Below are positions 19,061 through 27,798 of a stretch of 64,000 nucleotides of DNA, one piece after another (position 1 is the stretch's first letter; each line of letters begins with the position of its first letter). The notes under the pieces were generated by a model. It saw only the letters and a program-made list of their open reading frames with translations, did not search any database and had not been told where the DNA came from. The stretch is taken from the NCBI GenBank assembly GCA_016192905.1, contig JACPTG010000001.1, forward strand, positions 505,935-569,934, given 5' to 3'. The position numbers were made by a program, and so were the translations under genes. The DNA comes from Candidatus Woesearchaeota archaeon (lineage in GTDB: Archaea > Nanobdellota > Nanobdellia > Woesearchaeales > UBA10216).

Positions 19061-19766
19061 ATGAAGAAAGGAGCGGCCTTCCAAGTGCTGTTTTTCGTAG
19101 CCCTTACAATGGCGATTTTCCTTATGATAAGCAGCCAGAGGGGCAACCTTTTCCAGGCCTCTCAAGGTAACCTTCAATTACGGGCCATACGATGTCCATC
19201 CCAGCCAAGCCAGCCACCTAAAAGTCGCATATTATGATTCCAGCAACGACCTCTGGATAAGCCAGCCAAGCAGCGTGGACGCCTCAGCCAGGAAAGTAAC
19301 CGCTGAAATCCCGCATTTCTCACTCCTGGCCCTAATCCTCTCATGCGAACCTGATTCCAACGAAGAGCAAATTGCCCAGCCATGCAACGACAGGATATGC
19401 GACCTTGACAAGGGCTGCCCTGAGAAACGCGCATTATACGGAAACAACCTCTTCAGCATCGCATACAAAGACAGGCGAATGCGCCAGTGCTGCCCAATGA
19501 CTGCCTTTGACACAGAGCCTGACAACTACCCTCGGATATATGACGACCTATTCTACGATTCCAGGCTTGCTGCGTACTGCGAAGTCATAGCATGCTCAAA
19601 CAACGCCGACAACCCGCAGTACATCTGGGTATTCACAGGAAGGGAAAAGCGGGAGGAGGCTTACCTTGACGGGGAATCAAGCCTATGCTGGGCCAAAAAG
19701 GGGCAGCCGGGAAACATAAGATTCAGAAACGTCTTCCTGGAAACAGGGTGTGGGCTCAATGTATAG
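19061..19766 (+). pseudogene. frameshifted class III signal-peptide surface protein
   Basis: MKKG|AAFQVLFFVAL... in one frame; ATFSRPLKVTFNY...YYD...W..VD...HFS domain in the +1 frame from ~19131. Confidence 0.55.
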
Positions 19767-19836
19767 AGTTAACAATCGTAAGTTTTATATATTTGAACAT
19801 ATTACACATATTTACACATAATTGGAGGCTGAAAAC

Positions 19837-20061
19837 ATGACTACGATGACTTTGGCAATACCGTCAGAACTAAAGGATAAGATGGAAAATTTTCCTGAAA
19901 TGAACTGGTCTGAAGTAGCCCGGCAAGCATTTATGCAGAGAATAAAAGATTTGGAATTTTTAAGAAAATTCAAGTCTGACAGCACTCTAACTGAGGAAGA
20001 CGCATTGAGATTAGGAAGAGACCTAAACAGAAATCTGGCCAAAAGATACAAAAAGGCTTAA
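19837..20061 (+). CDS. RHH-type antitoxin (VapB-like)
   Basis: MTTMTLAIPSELKDKMENFPEMNWSEVARQAF; upstream GGAGG and direct repeat TTACACATA x2. Confidence 0.8.
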   Translation: MTTMTLAIPSELKDKMENFPEMNWSEVARQAFMQRIKDLEFLRKFKSDSTLTEEDALRLGRDLNRNLAKRYKKA

Positions 20062-20063
20062 TC

Positions 20064-20135
20064 ATTGATTTAGTCATAGATTCAAATGTTCTTTTTGCAG
20101 CCTTGCTGAAAGAAAGCAGAACAGTCTACAGCTGA
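20064..20135 (+). pseudogene. PIN toxin N-terminal remnant
   Basis: IDLVIDSNVLFAALLKES then a stop, directly after the antitoxin. Confidence 0.65.
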
Positions 20136-20234
20136 AGTATTGCGTTTTTCCTTTTAAGTCGGATAAGATTTTTGAAGAAAAACTCCAGGGCATAATTAAC
20201 TTTATAAACCTGCCAGTTTTCTATCCCTTTTTTG

Positions 20235-21296
20235 ATGGACGCTTATATAGAGCTGGAAGACAGCACTAAATTCTACGGCAAATCATTCGGGTCGGAAGAG
20301 GCGGCGGCAGGAGAAGTTGTCTTTAATACCGGAATGGTCGGGTATCCTGAAAGCCTCACCGACGCCAGCTACAAGGGCCAGATACTGGTACTTACATATC
20401 CCCTTATAGGAAACTACGGCGTGCCAGGAGATGAAAAGGATGAACTCGGCCTCCTGGCCAATTTTGAATCCCCAAGAATACAGGTAAGGGGCCTGGTCGT
20501 TGCAGACTACTCAGCAAAATACAGCCACTGGAAAGCTGTAAGAAGCCTTGGAGACTGGCTGAAGGAGCAGCGAATCCCTGCCATAACAGGAGTTGACACC
20601 AGGGCGCTGACGAAAAAGCTGCGGGAGAAGGGAGTGATGCTCGGCGGAATTTCGGCAGACGGCAGCAGTCCTGAGCTAAAGGACCCGAACCTTGGAAATC
20701 TTGTCGCTGATGTTGCCGAGCCTGGAAGGATTATCTACAATGGCAGCGGCAGGAAGAAAATACTGCTGGTTGACTGCGGGGTAAAGAACAACATAATAAG
20801 ATGCCTGGCTGCAAGAGGGCTGCAAGTGATTAGAGTGCCGTGGGACTATGATTTCCTAAAGGAAGATTTTGACGGGCTGGTGATAAGCAACGGGCCAGGA
20901 GACCCAAAGATGTGCAAAGCCACGATAAGAAATGTGGCGGCAGCCATGGGCAAGGAAGTGCCAACATTCGGAATATGCCTGGGGAACCAGATAATGGCGC
21001 TTGCAGCAGGAGGGGACACATACAAGCTGAAGTACGGGCACAGAAGCCAGAACCAGCCCTGCATAAACCGAAAAACAGGAAGGTGCTGCATAACCACGCA
21101 GAACCACGGGTATGCGGTTGACTTTAAATCAATGCCCTCTGGATGGGAAGAGCTGTTTGTGAATGCAAACGATGGCACAAATGAAGGATTGAGGCACAGA
21201 AGCAAGCCTTTCATTTCCTGCCAATTCCACCCTGAGGCAACGCCTGGCCCCGTAGACACCCAATATTTGTTTGACGAGTTCCTGAGGATGCTGTAA
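20235..21296 (+). CDS. carA: carbamoyl-phosphate synthase small subunit
   Basis: GEVVFNTGMVGYPESLTD, SNGPGDP, GICLGNQ and QFHPEA motifs. Confidence 0.97.
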   Translation: MDAYIELEDSTKFYGKSFGSEEAAAGEVVFNTGMVGYPESLTDASYKGQILVLTYPLIGNYGVPGDEKDELGLLANFESPRIQVRGLVVADYSAKYSHWKAVRSLGDWLKEQRIPAITGVDTRALTKKLREKGVMLGGISADGSSPELKDPNLGNLVADVAEPGRIIYNGSGRKKILLVDCGVKNNIIRCLAARGLQVIRVPWDYDFLKEDFDGLVISNGPGDPKMCKATIRNVAAAMGKEVPTFGICLGNQIMALAAGGDTYKLKYGHRSQNQPCINRKTGRCCITTQNHGYAVDFKSMPSGWEELFVNANDGTNEGLRHRSKPFISCQFHPEATPGPVDTQYLFDEFLRML

Positions 21297-21298
21297 AA

Positions 21299-21811
21299 AT
21301 GGAAGAGATCGTAGACATAGTTGATGAGAACGACAGGTTTGTACGGAAGGCGACAAGGGATGAGATGATGGAGAAAGGCCTCCTCCACAGGGCTGCCAGG
21401 GTGATAGTCGTGAATGGCAAGGGAGAATATCTCGTGCATAAAAGGGCTGCTGCCAAAAAAATATACCCTGGAAGGTGGGACATAGGTATTGCAGAAACGC
21501 TTGTTTCAGGAGAAGGATACGAAGCAGCAGCAATAAGAGGCCTTGCAGAAGAGCTCGGAATACACGGAGTGTCAAACATGGAACTCAAGAGTTCGCTGCT
21601 GTTCAAGCTCAGGTATGCCTCAGAAATCAACAATGCATGGCTTAAGGTCTATGAGATAACCTATGACGGCGCCATAACTCCGCAGGCTGATGAAATAGAA
21701 GCTGTACAGTTTCTCCCTCTTAATGGTGTGATTGAGCTTTCCAAAGGCGATAATTTTTCGCCATCAGGAAAATTTGTGCTGGACAATTACCTGGAGGTGG
21801 GGCCTTATTGA
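21299..21811 (+). CDS. NUDIX hydrolase (YfcD/IDI-like)
   Basis: DIVDEND, LLHR, YPGRWD and GEGYEAAAIRGLAEELG motifs. Confidence 0.85.
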   Translation: MEEIVDIVDENDRFVRKATRDEMMEKGLLHRAARVIVVNGKGEYLVHKRAAAKKIYPGRWDIGIAETLVSGEGYEAAAIRGLAEELGIHGVSNMELKSSLLFKLRYASEINNAWLKVYEITYDGAITPQADEIEAVQFLPLNGVIELSKGDNFSPSGKFVLDNYLEVGPY

Positions 21812-21824
21812 AAGTCCGGCATTT

Positions 21825-21920
21825 AAACTAAAAAGTAGCAGGCTGTGGCTACCCCTATTTGGAAACTCCCTTCGGGAAACCGGAGGATTCAACGCAACAG
21901 CTTCGTGTACTGTAGCCAAA
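21825..21920. repeat. 96-nt dispersed intergenic repeat, copy 2
   Basis: Colinear with 10467-10562. Confidence 0.8.
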
Positions 21921-21955
21921 ACAAGAAAATTTTCAATGCAGCCGGAGGTGAAGAA

Positions 21956-22630
21956 ATGACATTATCCATAAGCCACAGGGGAGCTGGCTACCTTGAGCCT
22001 GAAAACACCCTGCGGGGCATACGAAAGGCAATAGAGCTTAAGGCTGACTATGCTGAAGTTGACGTCAGGCTGACAAAGGACCGGAAGCTTGCGGTGATAC
22101 ACGACGAGACAGTGGAGCGCACAACAAACGGCAGAGGGCTGGTGAGGGAAATGACTTTAAAACAGCTGCAAAAGCTGGATGCAGGCAAAGGCGATAGAAT
22201 ACCTGCGCTTGAGGAAGTCCTTGCCGAAGCGAAAGGCAGGATAAAACTGCTTGTTGAACTTAAGGAGGAAGGGCTGGAGCAGCAGGCGGTTGATGCGATT
22301 GAGAAAAGCGGATTTAAAGACGCGGCTATAATCTCCTCCCTAGCCCAACTGCTAAGGAGAGTGAGGCAGATAAGCAAGCTGAAAACAGGGCTGATTTTTC
22401 TGGGGGCGGACTGGAACGTAGAGCTTGCCGCAAAGCTCGGGGCATCATTAGCATTGCCAAACTTCCACTATACTGAGCGCGGGCTGATTGTAAAAGCCCA
22501 CAACGCTGGGCTGGAAGTTTTCACCGGGAACTGCGACAGCGAATATGACGTACGAATCATGAAGGCAATAGGCGCTGATGCGATATCGAGCAACAGGCCG
22601 GACATGCTCGTGAGGATGCTTTCAAAATGA
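21956..22630 (+). CDS. glycerophosphodiester phosphodiesterase family
   Basis: SHRGA..PENT, EVDVRLTKD and HDETVERTTNG motifs; SD GGAGGTG before ATG 21956. Confidence 0.92.
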   Translation: MTLSISHRGAGYLEPENTLRGIRKAIELKADYAEVDVRLTKDRKLAVIHDETVERTTNGRGLVREMTLKQLQKLDAGKGDRIPALEEVLAEAKGRIKLLVELKEEGLEQQAVDAIEKSGFKDAAIISSLAQLLRRVRQISKLKTGLIFLGADWNVELAAKLGASLALPNFHYTERGLIVKAHNAGLEVFTGNCDSEYDVRIMKAIGADAISSNRPDMLVRMLSK

Positions 22631-23157
22631 AAGAGGAATACCTTGACATTGTGGACGAGGAGGATAATGTAGTAAGGCAGGCCACCTGGAAGGAGATGAT
22701 GGACCGCAAGCTGCTACACAGGACGGCTAACGTATTTGTGCTCAATTCAAAAGGCGAGCTGTTCGTCCACAGAAGGGCAGAGCACCTCAGGCTTTACCCA
22801 GGCCTGTGGGATGTTAAAGTAGGGGGTTCTGTAAGGGCCGGGGAAAGCTATGAAGATGCAGGAAAAAGGGAGGTCATGGAGGAAACCGGAGCAACAAATG
22901 TCAAACTGACAGAAATTTTCAGGATAAAGTACAGGAAACCAGAGCACAATGTCAACAGGTGCGTGTTCAAGTGCGTTTACGACGGAAAGATAAAAATTGA
23001 CGAGACGGAAGTTGCTGAGGGGAAGTTCACAAGCATTGATGATGCAAAAAAGATGATGGCTGACGGGAAACTTTCACCTTCGGCAACTGATGTATTTATG
23101 CGATTTTTGAGGCAAAACAAAAATGACCAAAATCCGGAAAATTTACGGAAAAATTAG
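22627..23157 (+). CDS. NUDIX hydrolase (paralog of 21299-21811)
   Basis: DIVDEED, LLHR, YPGLWD and GGSVRAGESYEDAGKREVMEETG Nudix box. Confidence 0.88.
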   Translation: MKEEYLDIVDEEDNVVRQATWKEMMDRKLLHRTANVFVLNSKGELFVHRRAEHLRLYPGLWDVKVGGSVRAGESYEDAGKREVMEETGATNVKLTEIFRIKYRKPEHNVNRCVFKCVYDGKIKIDETEVAEGKFTSIDDAKKMMADGKLSPSATDVFMRFLRQNKNDQNPENLRKN

Positions 23158-23188
23158 CACTGGACACTGGACAAGTGCCCCCCTAAGC

Positions 23189-23392
23189 TTTATTAAGGGC
23201 TGTTTTTCAAGCTGTGTTGCGCTTCGGGCGCACGCAGAGCTGCTAAATTATGATTTTCCCCCCTTTGCGGGTCGGCCTGACAACCTAAAATCAATTATGC
23301 AGCTCTGCTTAACGCGCCCTTCGCTTCAGAACCAGAGTTCCTTCAGAGTGGAAGGAACTCTTACAAAAGCTAATAGTTCTGGAGGCAATAAA
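23189..23392 (+). promoter_or_regulatory. TATA box plus highly structured 5' leader
   Basis: TTTATTAA at 23189; helices GCAGAGCTGC/GCAGCTCTGC (23234/23299), AGAGTTCCTTC/GAAGGAACTCT (23334/23351) and CTTCAGAAC/GTTCTGGAG overlapping the SD GGAGG. Confidence 0.6.
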
Positions 23393-24412
23393 ATGAAAAA
23401 CGATTTTGAAATACATTTTTGGGAACTATCAGAAAGAGTAAGATTGCACATTAATGATGAATACTTAAAAAATCTTTTTGACAAAGCATCGGATGGAGGT
23501 TTGTATAAACTTGCTAAAACCCTTAATATTTCCTATCCGTTTATTATCGCTTTAAGACGAGGCGTTTATAGTATTCCAAGTAAGATTTTGGTTCAACTTG
23601 CTATAGAAGCTAATGAAGACCTTTATTCAATTGAGGACCAAATCAAAGAAATAGGAACACGAGCTGGAACTAAATGCAAAATCAAATTCCCTATTAAGAC
23701 AACTTCTCAAATGGCCTCCCTAGTTGGCCATGTTTTTGGCGATGGATATATTGGAAACAAAAAGCGGCAATTTGAATATTGTAATGACAATATTAATCTT
23801 CTTAATGAAGTTAGGGAAAATGTTAAAATAATTTTTGGATTAGATCCAATGACCGAAAGAATAAATAGAATAGGCTATCCCACAATAGTTGGAGAAGTGC
23901 TTGTAAAATTCGGGGCACATTTTTCGCCTAAAATAAGATCTGAAAAGCTTGTTCCAGAATGGGTAAAGTTTGGCTCAATAGAATATAAGAGAGCATTTAT
24001 TAGGTCTCTTTTCAATGACGACGGATCCGTTCTTTTTTCAGAAAATTACAAAGCGAAAGGCGTAAATTATTATCAAATTCGCCATAAAGATTTAACTGAA
24101 ACTTCACAACAGTTGCTTCAGGAAATAAAGGAAATGCTTGAAGATTTTGATGTTTTTTCAGGAAAACCTCACACAAGAAACACTTATGTTAGCCACGGCG
24201 AAGAACATACCATCAGTTATATAAATATAACAAATACTGCCAGCATTATTAATTTTCATAACCGAATAGGATTAGCAGAAGGGAATAAGTTCAACAGACT
24301 TAAAAAAATAATTAAAAGAGATGGAGGAATAGTGCTAAAAGATAAACCAAAAAAGGTTTTAGTGCTTGGAAGTGGCGCATTGAAGATTGGAGAGGCCGGC
24401 GAGAGTGCCTGA
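23393..24412 (+). CDS. free-standing LAGLIDADG homing endonuclease with N-terminal HTH
   Basis: SLVGHVFGDG and AFIRSLFNDDGSV motifs; SD GGAGG before ATG 23393; AT-richer than flanks; C-terminus reads into carB exon 1. Confidence 0.85.
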   Translation: MKNDFEIHFWELSERVRLHINDEYLKNLFDKASDGGLYKLAKTLNISYPFIIALRRGVYSIPSKILVQLAIEANEDLYSIEDQIKEIGTRAGTKCKIKFPIKTTSQMASLVGHVFGDGYIGNKKRQFEYCNDNINLLNEVRENVKIIFGLDPMTERINRIGYPTIVGEVLVKFGAHFSPKIRSEKLVPEWVKFGSIEYKRAFIRSLFNDDGSVLFSENYKAKGVNYYQIRHKDLTETSQQLLQEIKEMLEDFDVFSGKPHTRNTYVSHGEEHTISYINITNTASIINFHNRIGLAEGNKFNRLKKIIKRDGGIVLKDKPKKVLVLGSGALKIGEAGESA

Positions 24413-27400
24413 AAGCACCGCCATTTCGACTACTCCGGTTCACAGTGCATAAAAGCACTTAAAGAAGAAGGCATAAATGTAATTTTGGTAAATGGCAATA
24501 TAGCAACAAGGCAAACTGACCCTGGAATGGCGGACAGGATTTATTTCTTACCCATTACTCTTTTTTTTGTCGAAAAAATCATCGAAAAAGAAAGGCCTGA
24601 TGGAATCCTGCTGAGTTTCGGCGGGCAAACCGCTTTGAACTGCGGCGTTGAGCTTTATGACAATGGGGTTTTTGAAAAATACGGGGTCAAGGTTTTAGGC
24701 ACCCCGGTTGAAGCGATAAAGGCAACTGAAGACCGCGAGCTGTTTTCCATGAAACTTGCCGAAATAAATCTTAAGAGCCCAAAAAGCTTTGCTGTAAGGA
24801 AAGTCGAAGATGCTGTCAAGGCAGGCGACAAGATAGGATTTCCAGTCATAATCAGGGCCGCATATGCCCTTGGAGGGCTGGGAAGCGCCATATGCAGGAA
24901 TGAAGAGGGACTGGCTGACGCGGCGGGAAAAGCATTTGCCCACTCCAAACAAATACTGGTAGAGGAATACCTTGAGCACTGGAAAGAAATCGAGTATGAG
25001 GTTGTCCGGGACTCAATGGACAACTGCATAACCGTATGCAACATGGAAAACCTTGACCCAATGGGAATCCACACAGGAGAAAGCATTGTGGTAGCGCCAT
25101 CACAGACATTAACAAATTCCGAATACCACAAGCTAAGGGAAATATCAATAAGGCTGGTAAGGCACATTGGAATAGTCGGGGAATGCAATGTGCAATTTGC
25201 CCTCGACCCCAAGTCAGAGGACTACAGGATAATCGAGGTCAATGCAAGGCTTTCAAGAAGCTCGGCGCTCGCCTCAAAAGCAACGGGATACCCGCTGGCA
25301 TTCGTGGCTGCAAAGCTCGCGCTAGGATACGGCCTGACAGAAATACAGAATTCCATAACAAAATCCACCACCGCCTGCTTTGAGCCAGCACTTGATTACA
25401 TAGTCGTGAAGATGCCAAGATGGGACATGAAGAAATTCCGCCAGGTGTCCAGGAACATCGGAAGCTCAATGAAATCGGTCGGGGAGGTGATGGCTATAGG
25501 CAGAAAATTCGAGGAAGCCCTCCAGAAGGCAATAAGGATGCTGGACATTGGCGCGCAGGGACTGGTCTGCAACAGGGACAACTACAAGAGCCTTGACGTT
25601 GAAAAAGAGCTGGCAAATCCCACAGACGAGAGGATATTTGCAATTGCGGAAGCCCTGAATAAAGGATATCCTGTGGAAAAAATTTCTGAATTAACAGGGA
25701 TTGACAAGTGGTTCCTTGGAAAAATGGAAAACGTAACAGAAATGGAAAAGCAGCTTTCAACCGCCGGAAAACTTGAAAACCTCCGCAATGGCGACATTCT
25801 GAAGGCAAAGCAGCTTGGCTTTTCAGACAAGCAGATTTCAATCCTTCTGCAATGCTCCCATGCGGATGTCAGGAAATACAGGGATAAACTGGGAATCAGG
25901 CCGTTTGTAAAGCAAATAGACACACTTGCCGCAGAATACCCTGCAAAAACCAACTACCTCTACCTTACATACAACAGCATCGAAGACGACATAAAATCTG
26001 GAGCTGAGAGGAAAGTGATAGTGCTGGGCTCGGGCGTGTACAGGATAGGCAGCTCCGTGGAATTTGACTGGTGCTGCGTAAACTCAGCCCTTACACTCAG
26101 GGAGCTGGGATACGGCACAATAATGATAAACTACAACCCGGAAACAGTGAGCACTGACTACGACATGTGCGACAAGCTTTACTTTGACGAAATATCATTC
26201 GAGACAATCGCTGAGATATACGAAAAGGAAAAACCTGAAGGCGTCATTATCTCAATGGGCGGGCAAATACCAAACAACATGGCAATGAAACTCAGTGAGG
26301 CAGGGATAAAAATACTTGGAACCAAGGCACGCAGCATTGACGCAGCAGAGGACAGGCACAAGTTCTCAAAACTCCTGGATGAACTGGGAATACCACAGCC
26401 AAAATGGAGGGAGCTGACAAACTTTGAGGAAGCCAAGAAATTTGCAGCCAATGCGGGGTATCCTGTGCTTGTAAGGCCCTCCTATGTGCTCAGCGGAGCC
26501 GCGATGAGCGTCGCCTTCAACGACGAAGACCTTGAAACGTACCTTACCAGGGCATCAAAAGTAAACAGGGAACATCCAGTGGTAATAAGCAAATTCATGG
26601 TAAACTCAAAGGAAATTGAAATTGACGCCGTCGCATATGAAGGCAACCTGATTGCAGAAGCCATAACAGAGCACGTTGAAAACGCAGGAGTCCATTCCGG
26701 AGATGCCACAATGATTTACCCGGCAGCCGGGCTGTACCCTGAAACTGTTGAAAAGGTGAGGACAATCGCAGCATTGATAGCTGAGAAGCTGAAAATAACC
26801 GGGCCCTTCAACATACAATTCCTGGCCAAGGACAATGAGGTAATGGTAATAGAATGCAACCTGAGGGCGAGCAGAAGCTTCCCCTTTGTCTCAAAGGTAA
26901 AAAAGAGCAACATGATAGCAATAGCAACAAATGCGATAATGGGAAGGAAAATCCAGGAGGAAGCAAAGAGCATGGAGTATTTCGGCGTAAAATCGCCGCA
27001 GTTCTCCTTTTCAAGGCTGAAAGGGGCTGACCCGGTCCTAAGCGTTGAGATGGCGTCAACAGGCGAAGTTGCCTGCCTTGGGAGAAACGCGCATGACGCC
27101 TTCCTTAAGGCAACGATAGCCGCGGGCCTTAAAATGCAGCTGCTGCAAAACGGCGAAGAAAACCAAGGCCCGAAAAATGTGCTCTTAAGCATCGGCGGCA
27201 GCGAGAACAAGGAGAGATTCCTGGAACACTCAAGAAAGCTTGCTGACCTGGGGTTCAATGTTTATGCAACCGACAATACCTCACAGTTCCTGGCAGAAAA
27301 TGGGGTCAAAAACTTGATGCTGCACAAGGTCAGAGAGCAGAAATCGCCAAACATAATGGAGTACCTTAACAACCACAAGCTAAACCTGATAATCAATGTT

Positions 27401-27580
27401 TCAAAGCCAGGCTCAGGCAACGGGAAGGAAAAGATAAGGGACGGATATGTGATAAGGAGAAGCGCGGCTGATTACGGGATTCCACTTGTGACCAACCTGC
27501 AGCTGGCCAAAATGCTGGTGGATTCAATTGCAGAAGTAAAGCTGGAATCACTGGAAATCAAAGCATGGGATGAATACTGA
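24332..27580 (+). CDS. carB: carbamoyl-phosphate synthase large subunit, split: exon 1 24332-24403 and exon 2 24425-27580 (1075 aa after splicing)
   Basis: GTG 24332 after GGAGG; KKVLVLGSGALKIGEAGE|FDYSGSQ; two ATP-grasp domains and a C-terminal MGS domain intact. Confidence 0.95.
24404..24424 (+). other. putative 21-nt bulge-helix-bulge-type mRNA intron
   Basis: GGCG-AG^A-GTGC-CTGAAA-GCAC-CGCC-AT^T; removal gives GGC GAG TTC GAC TAC (GEFDY) and deletes an in-frame TGA. Confidence 0.85.
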
Positions 27581-27798
27581 TGAAACACACCTCCAGGCCA
27601 ACAGCTGCTGAAAAAAGAAAATACGTCCTTCGGACAGCAGAAGACAGGGAAATACTCGCCAAATGCAAGGCGCTTGAGGCATTAAGGCTCTCCAGAAGCG
27701 ATAAGCTTACTGTAAAGTTGATAAAGTCGCAGCTAATCAGGGAATGGAGAAATCCTCTAATCAAGAAACTTAACCAAATCGCAAGGAAGTACAAATGA
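27580..27798 (+). CDS. small basic hypothetical protein
   Basis: 72-aa ORF translationally coupled to carB and pyrD. Confidence 0.7.
   Translation: MKHTSRPTAAEKRKYVLRTAEDREILAKCKALEALRLSRSDKLTVKLIKSQLIREWRNPLIKKLNQIARKYK

Noticed and set aside
19125-19165. Second BHB intron explaining the pilin-like frameshift
   Set aside because: An AGAGG/CCTCT pairing exists, but there is no proper inner helix and excision would remove conserved-looking ATFSRP residues
23189-23392. Group I intron core, SRP RNA, RNase P RNA or PyrR-binding leader
   Set aside because: Only a superficial P7/P8-like arrangement, with no P3/P4-P6 or exon context; the diagnostic SRP, RNase P and PyrR consensus sequences are not seen
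23123-23392. ORF-track N-terminal extension of the endonuclease
   Set aside because: It overlaps the NUDIX gene end, the promoter and the structured leader; ATG 23393 has a clear SD
23123-24412. Intein in CarB
   Set aside because: The LAGLIDADG region lies before the CarB N-terminus, with no N-extein, no Cys/Ser block A and no His-Asn|Cys/Ser/Thr end
24404-24424. Selenocysteine or UGA readthrough as the explanation for the carB stop
   Set aside because: Readthrough would insert SA(U)KHRH into the invariant GEFDYSG motif; BHB cut positions restore the motif exactly, which is far more parsimonious
24485-27580. ORF-track start of carB at TTG 24485
   Set aside because: It omits the conserved N-terminal KKVLVLGSG...FDYSG segment; GTG 24332 with an SD is the likely true start
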